DNA of 64,000 nucleotides, taken from NCBI RefSeq assembly GCF_021869535.1, contig NW_026262734.1:81654001-81718000 (forward strand), given 5' to 3'. Position numbers and translations under genes: made by a program. Of the stretch, positions 12,901 through 26,074 are shown one piece after another. The notes under the pieces are model-generated. The model had not been told where the DNA came from and ran no database searches. It worked only from the letters and a program-made list of their open reading frames with translations. This DNA is from Mytilus californianus. Taxonomy: Eukaryota. Every line of letters begins with the position of its first letter. Position 1 is the stretch's first letter.

Positions 12901-14989
12901 ATGTTCAAAGCGAACCCCTAAAATAGATGGGTGAACACATCTACTCTGGAAAGGTAAACAGTTCCTGCTCAACATGTGGCAACTAAGGTTTTAGTATGAT
13001 TGCAAAGTATTAAAACAAATACAACTTTGATTTGATTTGATTCGCCATATATATATTGACAAACATGTGAACATATAAGTTCTGCATGGTGGGCTTCTCA
13101 CGGAATATAGGAAAAAGTGTTGCAAGTATTTTCATAGTTCATGAGTTGAAAATTTTAAAATCATAATATCTTTTTTAACCTTGGACTTATAGATAAAGTC
13201 CAAGATATAGCCATTTCAAAGATCGATCATGCTGATAATGTAGCAGTGGCTAGTATTTGTACAGAACCTTGTAGAGTATGGAATTTAAAATCACGGCAGT
13301 AGGACAATTTAGGATATTTCCCAATATATAATTTTATGGTAAAAGTTTGTTTGAAACTTCTACACTGATATCAATGATTTAATTGAACACCACATTCTCT
13401 ATTTCTTTTCACGGATGCATAGGTACTACAGAGGTTCACCGGAAGCCCACCTCTACCTCAGGCTTTCAAATCTCGGTAAAATTTCACAATTTTGAGATGA
13501 CAACCTGACCTTTTTGACTTTATACCTATCAAGAACGCAGAGGATATATCATGAACCTCTAGGCACAAACATTAGTTTACAATTGAATATAAATTTGCGT
13601 TATAAGGCATTCATCATTCTATTTTCCCCTTTGTTGTAGGGAATTGGTCACAGTGTTAGTGTTTTTTCTTTAACAATGTTTGTTGCCTTTGAAAATTGAT
13701 TGGGTGTGGGAAATGCAATATGTCGTTTAATAAAAATGTCATGTAACTATATGTTATATAATAGAATTGTTTTTTTTCGTGTTAATGATCGGTCAGTGCC
13801 TGAACATCGTAGCAAATGCGGCGGCATGCATTTCAATAACAGATTCATGGCATGCGACAGCAGAGGAGGGGGTTGAAAACGGAGGGGATCATATTTCAAA
13901 TCCCACGACTGTTTTTTTCATATCCCCCCGCCCCCCCCCCCCCCCCCCCCCCAGTTAATCCAACATAAAATATGTTATACCCCTCAGCAGGTGTATTTAT
14001 TTATTACTGACAGCCGGTGAAAAGAAATGTAAAATAAATGAATTTATAGTTCAACTCTTTGTAAATATGTTTTCCGTGCAACTAATTGAATAAAAATGAT
14101 AATTTTCGCTATAAATATGAGGTTCTGGGGGGGGGGGGGGGGGGGGGGGTCCTTTATATCTTTATTCCTTAATTCTCAGACCATTAACATTTTTCTCTAT
14201 TCTTCATTTTATAGTTTGTCCTTTACTTTCAATAATTCTCAATATTCAGTCTTTATAATTAAGAACCCCATAATTCTCACTTGTTCTTTATTCAAATTTT
14301 TGGCTTTTTTACTCTCTTCTCTCCTTTCTTTATTTTTTCTCTTTATTCTGTACTTTTCGTCCATCATTCTCTAATTTTTCATCCCAAAACTGTTTCCAGA
14401 CCTTCATACGAATACGAAAACCCGGAAATCGTCTCACCGTTACTGTTTTGTATACCATTACGCAAAATCCATGGACGCTCGTCTGCACGAGTTGTTGATG
14501 GAGATTTCAATTTTTACTGTAAGAATGGACAGAGTCAGAGATAGATGATATAAAGAACTCTGGTTGTTCAAACTGATGGTCAAACCGATAAACAAATAAA
14601 TTGAAGTAGATGACTTGTCGATTAACTGGGAGAAACCGGGGAACGATACAAATGAAAGTCAACGCAACGAAAGTGTTTTTGTTTTGATGGGTTACTTGGA
14701 AAGCACAATGAAAGGTAAATATAATTTATCATTCACATTTTTAAATGGATAAAAGCAGGAAGATGTTAGTCTTAAATTGTCTTCACGAATGCTTTCGAGA
14801 CGCGACGGCCATATTTCAATGACGCCTATAGGATGTGTCGGCCATACCGCCACATCGTCCATACCTTGTAAAGACGTATCGTCCATACCTTGTAAAGACG
14901 TATCGTATCGTCCATACTTTAAGTTTTAATTCCATTGAGCATGTTGAGGTTATAGCATAAAATATAATAATACAACACTACCCAATGAT

Positions 14990-15113
14990 AGTCCAAATAA
15001 TTATAACGTCTTGAAAGGCTATTATATTTTTTGCTTTGACGCCTTACATCGACGCTGTAAGGTGTCAAAGCAAAAAATAAATAGCCTTTCAAGACGTCAG
15101 AATTATTTGAACT
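14990..15113. repeat. Foldback hairpin, ~58-bp arms, 7-nt loop
   Basis: ...GACGCCTTACA-TCGACGC-TGTAAGGTGTC.... Arms pair with a few mismatches. A half copy is at ~16620-16665. Confidence 0.85.
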
Positions 15114-15864
15114 AAACCCAATGTATATGCTTGTATCTGCTTGAACTCAGCTTGGGTGCTTTATTTTTATACTCATTAATTTATAGTGATCTCGATTTGT
15201 ATTTCCTTTAGGATTTACAATTTCTTTACAAAAGCATAATTAATACTTATGTTCACCAGAAAAATAATAATGAGCAATTAACAATCTTCCTAAAATTTCT
15301 TTAAAACTAATCATTATCAGATTACTTTGTTTTATATTTCAAACTTAACTTATTGTTTTAACCATGACAAATTAATCTCCCATTTTGGATATTCATTCTT
15401 ATTCGTTTTATTTTTCCAGTTTGTTTTACACAAGATATTAAACATTTATTTAGAAAATAATATAAATTTTTTATTAGATAAAACACATTTATATATGATA
15501 TTTCTGTTTGGTATTAAATTAATAGTTAAGATCCATTTTGTTACATCTGGTGATCCGTTTAACTGGCAATCGCCAATGGCAGTCAGTAGGGTTTAAGAAC
15601 ATTGGTTGTTCGACCTGCTAGTCAAATGCGTTATGTCAAAATATACTTTTTCACTTTTTTGTTCTTTAAGAAAAAGTTGTTTGTGCTGTATTAAGACCCC
15701 TCTACCAAGAAATTTGTTTTGCTTGCACACGTATAAAAATTGCGGTTTTTAACGGATCACCGATGTAATAAATAGATCGTAATTATAAATTTTATACTAA
15801 ACAGAAAACAATAAAATTGCGGAAAAGATGGCATACCGCAAACAAAAGGTACAAAGATTTTGTA

Positions 15865-15906
15865 CACCATATCCGGATTTCGACAATTAATGTCTCTTCA
15901 GTGATG
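15865..15906 (-). ncRNA. Minimal type I hammerhead ribozyme
   Basis: Minus strand: CAUCA-CUGAAGA-GACA-UUAAU-UGUC-GAAA-UCCGGA-U-A-UGGUG. All core nucleotides present, stem I CAUCA/UGGUG, stem II GACA/UGUC, palindromic stem III AUCCGGAU, cleavage triplet AUA. Confidence 0.85.
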
Positions 15907-16664
15907 TTAGGAATCGAAACTGTATTTGGAAAGCCATACAATTTACCTCAATTTAGGATAGACTCTTGAATTTTGGGGAGTCAAAATAGGATGAACGGAT
16001 CATATAAACCCGAAGGCAAATATAATACAAGCCCAAACGAAAAAGTATAAATAAGTAAATTGAAAACAACGTTCAAACCTATGATATATAATGCGTATTT
16101 CAAGTGTATAACAAATAAAAAACATGACCAATAATGTGAAAACAGCACAATACATTTACAAGTTATAATAACCATCTACATGTATATATTTAAATTACTT
16201 TAATTAATAAATAAGAATTGCTGAAAGAAAGAAAAAACACATGGATGAAGAGTCTTCACAAAGTATGGACGATGTAGTCCTATGGTCGTTACATCTTTTC
16301 AAGGTATGGCCAATCAATACATCCTATGGACGTCATGGCAGTGTGTCCGTCGCGTCCTGCATCGTCACGAATAACCATTTGACTTCAGACTTGTAAACAA
16401 CTTGAAAATCAGTCCTAAGAACGAGTTTGGATACTTCTTAGTATTTTATCTATTTATCATTAAACATTTATGTGTCATAATGACGATGTTACAAGAGCAA
16501 GATACAAATATATTATAAATTACTATTAGAGACAGCTGTTTTTATGTAATGTAAAAAGTCAAGAACATCAATTTTGATTACTAAGTAGTCTGTGCCAAAC
16601 TGTTTTAGGGTTTGTCTAGATCTAGTCCAAATGATGTCTTGAAAGGCTATTTTATTTTTTTGCA

Positions 16665-17670
16665 ATAGTGAACCGTTTGTCCGTCCGGATTAGGATACAT
16701 TATTTGTCCGGCAATTTTCTCCTACAGTTTTGGAGGTACAACTTTAATATTTGTAGGATGGTCATACACATAATGAAGGTGTGCATGGCCACAGGATTTT
16801 GATTGTATCAAATATTCTGAAAATGACAGGTAGATTGACTTAATCATTTTTTTTTTGTACTAGCTACATAAAGAGATCATGGTTTGTCTAGCTTTCTCCT
16901 CCTAAAGTTTTGGAGGTACAGCTTTAATATTTTGTAGGATGTTCATACACATAATGAAGGTGTGCATGGCCACAGGATTTTGATTTTATCAAATATTCTG
17001 AATATAACAGGTAAATTGACTTAGTCATTTTTTTGGTACTAGCTACATAAAGAGATCATGGTTTGTCCAGCTTTCTCCTCCTAAAGTTTTGGAGGTACAG
17101 CTTTAATATTTTGTAGGATGTTCATACACATAATGAAGGTGTGCATGGCCACAGGATTTTGATTTTATCAAATATTCTGAATATAACAGGTAAATTGACT
17201 TAGTCATTTTTTTTGGTACTAGCTACATAAAGAGATCATGGTTTGTCCAGCTTTCTCCACCTAAAGTTTTGGAGGTACAGCTTTAATATTTTGTAGGATG
17301 TTCATACTTATAATGAAGGTGTGCATGGCCACAGGATTTTGATTTCTTTTTAATATTCTGAAAATGACAGGTAGTTGGACTTAAACATTTTTAGATACTA
17401 GCTACATTGTACATCAAGAGATCATGGTTGGTCCAGCTATCTCCTCCTATAGTTTTGGAGATACAGATTTAATATTTTGTAGGATGTTCATTCACATAAT
17501 GAAGGTGTGCATGGCCACAGGGTTTTGATTTTATTTAAATATTCTGAAAATGACAGGTATGTGAACTGGTTTGTCCAGCTATTTCCTACAGCTACATCTT
17601 CATACATAGTATTAAATTTATAATTTCCTATGGTCAGGCGGGGGCATCATTTGTGTCTCACAGACAGCGT
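16665..17670 (+). repeat. Five-unit ~180-bp tandem array in a probable Helentron-type non-autonomous element
   Basis: The GGAG(G/A)TACAG/A anchor recurs at 16732, 16912, 17091, 17271 and 17457. Flanked by a GTCCGTCC tract on the 5' side and CAGGCGGGGGCATCATTTGTGTC on the 3' side. Confidence 0.8.
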
Positions 17671-19553
17671 AACAATTTCAAGTTGTATGCCAACATCACT
17701 ATTTGTCAAATCTGAAATATGGGGAACTATACTCATGCATAGGGCAGAGCAGAAAAAAAGGGGGGGGGGGCATTGTCCATATCTAGTTTTTTCAATTTTT
17801 TCGTGACATTTTCATCGTGGAAAGTCAGATCAAAAAGCATGTGGCTATAATTCTAAAGAAATTAAAATATTTGGTTATTAATACATCATTTGATAGAGTG
17901 AAAGGTATAGGTATCTATAGCTGTAATAAGATCAGAACTGACACGAATACAGCACAAAATCGTGATACATATACATATAACACGGAAAAAAAAAACGAAT
18001 ATCCATAGGTCAATGTATGATTTTCAATACCGTGTGACTCAAAAAAATTTCCAAAATCCTACACACTAATGTGTAAAATCTGTTTTGTTTTTATAGTGTT
18101 ATGAAGAGTTTTGCATTTATATCAAATTCATCTCAAGTACAAATGTACATGTAGTGTCCCTTTATTGTACAAAAAGTGTAGTAATAAATGAACAAAATTT
18201 GTTTCAAACGTTAAAATGTTCGTCCACAACAATTGTTTGTAAATCAGTCTAAAAAACAGAGGACAGGATTGTTTATGTTTTTATCCACAGCACACAATTA
18301 CTAGTGTCAAAAGAGTTAAATGTTTAAGTAAGATTCACTTTAAATTATAGTTTGCATTTTAATCAAGGAAAATAATGACCTTACACAGGTCATTATTTTA
18401 TGCCTTGAAGGAAATTTCATTGAAAATTGGTATCATCCGGGTTGATTCTTTAAAATTTAAAATGAAAAAATAAATTCTAATTGATGTACAGTCACTTCTT
18501 TGTCTGAAATAATTGTAAGGTGTATACACATCTACATGTATATGGCAGCTGGTACATCTGACTTTGACCTCATTTTCATGGATTATTGCATTGGTCAATG
18601 TTAAGATTTCCAGGACTAGCTTATTTCTGAGATGCTATCATGGCTGTATATATATATATATATGCAATAGGTCAACTGTGTTTAATTTATTGAATTATTA
18701 TTAGGAGTGTATGTCTGTTTATCTCACCTTGACTACATTTGCATGGTTCATCGGTCAATGTTAAGTTTTCCTGGTTTAGACTAGTCGATTTCTCAGATAC
18801 TGTAAAATAGGTTAATTTTTGGTGTATGAAATTATGAGGCATGCATGTCTGTCTAGCAGGGTTCATTTTATCTTGATCACATTTACACTGACCAAATTGA
18901 ACATCTTTGTATAACTTCAAATTTCAAATTCCTTTATTGCCCAAAGATTGGCATTATAAACCATAACAAAATCAGAGATGCAATATAACCACTTTCATTC
19001 ATAAAACTGTAATACTGATTTGATATGATGTATAAGAACGTGAAAATAATTAAATGCTTTTTGTATAGTCTTATTTTTAGGGCAAATCTGTTGGTCTTAT
19101 ATTGAAATGTCGGAGTAAAGCAATGTTGCCAGTTATTATAACTTCCTTTTATGCAATTAAACATTTTCTTTTAGCATTTTAAATGAAAGTACATGTACTT
19201 AGAGAAGTGGGAGAAGATAATCAACAGAACTGAAGTTATTACAGGCAATGCTTTCTAGATTATATAGACTACTAGTGGATTTGAAAATTGCTGTATTGAT
19301 TCATTTGCAAATAAGGAGCAGCAGCCAATTAAACATTGTGTGATGAAAGGTATGTCATAAAAGTTATGCCTTTGTGCAATTATTTTTTTGTTTTCAGACT
19401 TACAAGTAAATTTTGAGGTCATAGAGGTGAAAGTTTTCATTCTTGGGCTAGTTTGAAAATTTGCCATGTTAGCAGTGACAAATTATTTATTTTAATTGGT
19501 CAATTTTATATTAAATTGCATTGGAAGCTCTCTTAACACTACATTGCTTGTTC

Positions 19554-20000
19554 TTTTTAGCTCAACTGGCCAAAAGGGCCAAATGAGCTTTTCTCATTAC
19601 TTGGTGTCCGTTGTCGGTTGTCCTCTGTTATTTTCTACAAAAATCTTCTCTTCTGAAACTACTGCAATGTAGGCCAAATTCAACCAAACTTGGTCACAAT
19701 CATCATTAGGGTATCTAGTTTAAAAATTTGTCTGATGACCCCTACTGCCAACCAAGATGGCTGACATGTCTAAAAACAGAACATAAGTGTGAAATGCAAG
19801 ATTTGTCTATTATTTTGTAAACCGTTATAATAAAGAAAATCTGATAGAGGCGGAACTGTCAGACAACTTCTAATAGGATTTGTATCCCTGAAATGACAAA
19901 TTTTACCTTTTTTTTTCATGTTTGCCTATTATCTGTATCTAGAAAACTATAATACAATGTAGATTGAGAGAAACTTTAAATGGAAAAAAAATGAAAAATG
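19554..20000 (+). mobile_element. Degenerate Helentron-type non-autonomous element
   Basis: Starts TTTTTAGCTCAACTGGCCAAAAGGGCCAAATGAGC (short palindrome), followed by a decayed GTCC/GTC microsatellite. Confidence 0.55.
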
Positions 20001-20027
20001 ATCACCAAGACAAGTTATAAGATTAAT

Positions 20028-20551
20028 AAAATTGAGAATTGAAATGTGGAATGTGTCAAAGAGACAACAATCCAACCAAAGGACAGAAAACAGCGGAAGT
20101 CCACCAATGAGTCTTCAACACAGCGTGAAAATCCTGTACCTCAAGGCTTGCTTCAACTTGCCCCCAAACAAAGTGTGTACTAAGTCTGACAGTGAAAATT
20201 GACTTCACGCTAAACTCCAAAACATATAAATGGACTAAAATTAAAAAAACATACAAGACTTAACAGAGGCTCTTGATTTCGGACAGGCGCGAAAATCCAG
20301 CAGTGTAAATATGTTTTGTTAGATCTCAAGACTCCCTTATACCTCTAGCCAATGTAGAATAAAAAAACACACAGTAAAACTCAGTTCAAAAGAAGTCTAA
20401 GTCCGATGTCAGGATAGGTACATTTGAACCAAAAAGAAACTAAGTATAATGACAATAATGCATAAATTACTAGCAGTTACTGACATGCCAGCTCCAGACC
20501 TCGATTAAACTAATTTAAGATTATGTCGTCATCATATGAAAATCAAGCACA
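20028..20551 (-). mobile_element. 3'-terminal fragment of Naiad subfamily 3, truncated within the SECIS
   Basis: Similar to 37806-38352. Only the 3' half of the SECIS remains (~20520-20551). Confidence 0.78.
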
Positions 20552-22150
20552 AGTCTAACATTGATGAAGAATTTTCCAATTTTTCGCGTTTTTGCCTCAT
20601 CTTAAAAATTGTAATGAAAACTTAAGTACAGAAAATTTTTTTATCAGCATGACTAGATCTCCAATTTAAAGACAATATGGGGGAAATCATCCAACAACTC
20701 GAGAGAATTATTGCCCGTTAATGCATTTTTTTTACCATATTTTTTTAATAATTTGTCTTATATGATAATAATTATAATAGGTAAATACTGGGTAGACACT
20801 GTAAATCAAAAAATTATCAGCAATGCAAGATCTACTGAAGTCAAAGTATTCTCAATAGTTAGTAGACTGTCACTCTTTATAGAAGTGGTTGCCCTTAAAT
20901 GAGGATTTTAATACCATCTTTTGTGTTTTGAACAAAAATTTATTAAGATAGAAAGAAACTAAACAGACTAAATGATCAGCAATACAAGGTATAAAAAAAC
21001 AGATTTTTGTCATGGTGTAACACCACTTATTCGGGCCCGGCCAGAAAGCAGTAGTTCCTACGCATGGGTGTAACTTTCAAAATATGTAGAATATTTAGGT
21101 AATTTTAGTATCAAATGAAAGCTGAATGACTAGTGATCATTGTAGAACACTTTTTGACTTGTAATTTTGAATAATAAAAGAATTGCGTTGCATTTTGTGC
21201 TGTGTACAGGACATTTTAAGAAAAAATGGTGGGTTGAACCTGGTTTCATGGCATGCCAAACCTCCCGCTTTATGACAATGTTAAAAAATATCGTTAAAAC
21301 ACTACGTGACAGAAATACAGCACAAACACACGCAAGAACATTCACAACAAAGAAACGCAAACAGATAATGTAAAAGTCGACACTTTCATGGATCAAAACT
21401 CACAAGCCGTAAACATACAACACTTTCATGGATCAATAACTCATAAGCCGTAAACTTACCATTGATTGTTAATCAAGAGTTCTTTGTAATCGAGATTGGT
21501 GTGATATGTACTTTTAATGTATTCAATATTTATTTGAAACTTTATTATTCTTTAATTTATAAATAAACATAGTTTTGTACAAGTAATTTGAAATCCAATA
21601 TTTTGTTGACAAATTATGGGACAAGTCATTATATAAAAATAACGAAACCCACGGGATAAGATAATACAGATTGTCCATCAAGTCGGACCTTTTTCAACAT
21701 ATTGATGGTTTTATTGACATGTTTTTGATTTGATACATGAACACACAAACAATAATTGCTATTATGATAGGTTATTTTTAGAAACGGTGGTCAGAATTCA
21801 TTGTTCAATTGTCACAAAAAAGGAAAAGCGATACACACTACCAGAGATAAAGTTATATTTTGAAGTCTTACAGTTTGAGGTCTACAATAATACGTTAAGA
21901 TGTCAAGTGATGTCATCATATTAAGGTAATAACAAAAATACCGCATCCCAAATTCCCAACAAAAATCAATACTTTTCACAAGACGTTAAAGATTTATCCG
22001 GGTACTCGAGTACTCACAACCATCATGACCGAGTACTCGAGTATTAAATTTCAGATCTTTTGACATCCCTTATATTTAATCATGTTTTAATTTATCAAAA
22101 ACAAAATCAATGTTAGAACAACAGATATCTCTAAAAGCACATTGCAAGTT

Positions 22151-23052
22151 TTTTGTACGTACCAAGCTGATTTATTTCGTGTACCTTTCCTTGTACATTC
22201 CTTATGTCACTTGACAAAGAAGCATAATTCTGCCCCAACGAATGAATTATATTTTTCGTAGAATTACCTTCTAGCGCATAATTCTGTTCAAGGGAATCTA
22301 GCCGAGCTAAATTGTTTTCTGTGTAATTTTGAAAGGATTTTGACCAGCTATCAAACTTTTCCAACTTTTAATCAGCTGCATTCGTTTTATCTAAAAACGC
22401 TAAAAAGCCTGGCTTCGAGAGGTGGAAGTCGACGAAAGAGAATAAAGTCGCGAATTTAAAGTTTTCATTTTAGATGTTAGCTCGTCCATACCGATTTATA
22501 TCGTTGTAACGTTTCGAATGTTTGAAGCGGCAATGTAGTGTGTAAAGGAATCCACATCTTGCTTTGTATGAACACTAAAATTGTGCCAATCCGTAATTTG
22601 ACATTTTAGATCAGAACCATCATGTTGGAGGACATTGTTTTCATTTTGAATAGTATCGAATTTCTTCAACAGCATGTCATAGCTATTCTGTAAACGAATG
22701 CTTTTGTGACGCAACTGAGAGGTTTCATTTTTTAATTCGGCAACAACATGTGATTGAGTGGTATTTTAATTTTTTAATTTTCCAAAAGCAAGCGATTGTG
22801 TGGTACTGTTTCCAGATTTTAAATCCTTTATCTCTTGGTTGTTAATTAATTCTGAAGTTGAAGAACAAATATTTCCATTTGTGCGATTAACTGATTCTGT
22901 ATGCCTAACTCATCAGTTATTATTAGGTAATGACTGTCGGTCAAGCCGTGTGTTCCAACTGAAGATATTCCTGTTTTATTAGGTAATAAAAATCCATGGC
23001 AAATAGACAGAATAATGCAAGACAGAAAACAACACTGCATAGTTAACACCAT
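22151..23052 (-). pseudogene. Signal peptide plus coiled-coil exon of a C1qDC/multimerin-like secreted protein, with several stops and frameshifts
   Basis: MVLTMQCCFLSCIILSICHGFLL... then heptad-like segments across three frames, including SRSQ(D)FLAFL, ending INQL g|gtacgt. The family call is inferred from the architecture and the RSQDFLA-like motif; the C1q exon was not found. Confidence 0.6.
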
Positions 23053-25364
23053 GACACCTTATCTGGTCTCTGCTATAGATAAGAATGACGGAATCATAAC
23101 ATATGTTCGTTTTTTGTAATTCAACTTATAAAATAAAACAAAAGCTGTATAATCTAAAAACAAAGGAAAACAAAATGATATAAATATAAAATGATGAAAA
23201 TAAACAACTACATCAAAATATAGATTTGATAATCTTTATTCTGATAATAATATATAAATTTGAAAACAAATACCAGGCATGCAAACATTTGTAATTTTAT
23301 CTATCAGACAACTACGTTGTCATCTCAAACAAAGGCCAACAGGGTATTCAGCACTTGTCTTTTGTAGAACACGTAAAATTTGATATGTTAAATTATTTCT
23401 TTTGTTGTTTGTTTATTGTTGTTCCGGCCTATTTTGTTTTTCAAATGGAAGGAGTATCATAGAATTATTTTCTTATATCTATTTTCTAAAAAAAATGATT
23501 TTATCAAAGAGTTAGTCCCAGCGGTTCGTGTTGCTCAATGCCGTTATGCTTTCAATAACGTTTTGCATTTAATGACTATGAAATGTTATCAACTACAGAT
23601 TAATATGTTTCAAAACTAGGCTTGTTTTATTTCAAATAGTTGCATATTTTTTTTAAATCGGTTATGCCTTCTGCTAAACAATACGGGTTAATGTTTTCCT
23701 GAATCGAGACAAACCAATAGGTACATAGCTTATCATTATATTCAAACTTACAATTGATTTTCTGTACATCGTTTCATAATTGCGAGGACTAATATCTTTC
23801 AGGAGAGACGAGAATGTCTTTAACTAACTATGTAATTATATTCAATATCAAAGTATCTGCAAGGTATGTCAACCGGAATAACGGATAAGCAATTTAGAAT
23901 GTAACTTGGAAATGATAGTCGGTTAGGTAGGACTTTAAAGTAACCTCAGAGAGTTGTTGAAAGGATTCTTTTAGATGCAGAGACCATGAAACTCTCCAAC
24001 CACGATAAATCAAATCCAACTTTTCCATTAAGGATTGACATATATGCATATTGTTTTTTTTTCAATCCCGTTAATACAGCCAAACAAACGTTCCAGTGTA
24101 GTTTGGATTTTACTGCTGAAAAGAATCATTAGTGTTAAAAGATAAAGTTTAACGTGTTTGGTTCCAGCAGTTGAGTATCAGTTGTTTAAAAAGAATAGAA
24201 CATTGCGAAATAGAAGCCAGAAAAACCTGTTATTTTTATCCGTCTAATCTATAAAAGTAAAGAAAATAATAATTTGGAAGTAGAAGGCAACCATGATAAA
24301 CATTTAATGTTTGTATAAACATTTCTGTGCTTTTTATTTTGATTTGGACATGAACACCACAACTGTTGAAATGCTGCATGCATGCCATATATATGCCAAC
24401 CCACAGAATGGTCCTTGATGTCATAAATGGTGAAACGTGAATAGGTAACAGAAGTAACAGAGTGGTATCAATATGGGAAATTTAATGGTAAACAATACTG
24501 GATCCGATGACGGCTTAATTTTGTAGGGTTGTATACTTTTTTTATGCATTTTCACTGCCGCCCGCCCTTTCTTTTCGGTGTCTCCCTCGGAACCCCAATT
24601 TGATTGGACAAAGTCATTTATTTTGAGAGGGTAAACCATGCAGGTTTTCCTGGCGAAATGATTAAACATAATTCTTTTTTAATTATTACTTGATAAAGTC
24701 AATCTGCAATTTTGCAGGTGCATGTCCGTTTTTCGGTCTGTAAACTAAATTTTACAAGGAAAAACCCGTATAAAGTCGTTCTTTCTCAAATATCCGCGTA
24801 CCGGTAGCTGCATGATATTTCTGGTTTGAAGGGTGTAGCATGACGCTGAAAATGATATTTAAATGACATGTGGGTCATATGACAGGAAAATTCAAACCAA
24901 CGTAATATACCACTTTTCTGATCGATCGAATGTGTCCGGTGTATTTTGATTCACTATCAGTTGGTTGATACAGGTACAAATTGACTAGCTGTTCGATAAA
25001 ATCAGCAGTAGCTGTCAAAGTACGTACTATGATTTATTATTTATAAAATAATCATTCAAAGAATTTGAATATAAAAAAATAAATAGATAAGTGAATGAAC
25101 AAACAACAGACTGTTATATTGTATAACGAATGAGCGTAGCGCGTTGTTCAATTCACAAGTTGTTTATCAGAGAGTTAAATAATGTTCGATATTCGAATTC
25201 TTTTATTAGTTTATTTGTATTGCATTTCTATGCGTTCTCACTACTTTGTAATGCGACATCGCTGGTGATGATGATGGCGGATTGGTGTTTAACTTCCAGT
25301 GGAAAATATTACATGCATATCAGGGCGAAAACATGTTGAGGTAATATGAATATGAACATTGCTT

Positions 25365-25572
25365 TTTACTTAACCGCCATGCTGAGCCGAATGTTTAATG
25401 TGCTAGTTTACACGGTATAACAAAGAAAGACATGTCAGACTACCAGCACAAATTATTCTTAGTCCGAACCAGTCAATCTTTGCTCTTATTCCTTAATATC
25501 GCGTGATAAACGGCAGAGGATCAAACCCATGACCTGGCATACTCGAGGCAATCACGCTACCACCCAAAGGGG
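25365..25572 (-). mobile_element. tRNA-derived SINE remnant
   Basis: GGATCAAACCCATGACC...CTCGAGGCAATCACGCTACCAC resembles the reverse complement of a tRNA-like head with A/B boxes. Degenerate. Confidence 0.55.
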
Positions 25573-26074
25573 TTCAGCATCTTTGAAAATATCTAAATAA
25601 TATGTATTTTTACTTAACGTTTCTTTGCAACCAAAGTTATAATATAATGACATGTTTTGATTTAAACTTTTTGAAATTTTTATCATGCAAAACAATTTCG
25701 TATATTAATGATATTCAACTGCCTCACGAAAATACCCTGTATTGTACATATGAGAATAGGAATAACAGATGATTGGTGTATCAACAAAAATAAATGTTCA
25801 TATGTGCTGGCTGATTTTGTTGAAAAAAAGTTATTTCTGGGTTATTTTATGTTATATATCATTCCTTGTATTTATAGATTTTTGACATTTTCACTATGAA
25901 CGTTTATTATGGAGGTAAATGCAGAAATGAGCATCTCATTAAGAAATAACCATACACGCAATTAAATGGCCATTTAAAAAGTCAGAATGCGAATATATAT
26001 GTTCAAACTCTTTTAGGTCATTTTTAAGTAATAACAAACAAAATAACTATGTCGATTGGACCTGCTTTGATACG

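Larger units (their letters stand above)
12107..22071. mobile_element. ~10 kb hAT-type non-autonomous element with nested insertions
   Basis: Left end TAGGGGTGGCAACGAGTACTCGAGTAC. Right end GTACTCGAGTA...TTTGACATCCCTT (imperfect TIR). Flanked by identical 8-bp ATATTTAA at 12099-12106 and 22072-22079. No transposase seen. Confidence 0.75.

Noticed and set aside
16690-17580. Tandem array as CRISPR
   Set aside because: Units are contiguous ~180-bp repeats with no unique spacers, in eukaryotic DNA.
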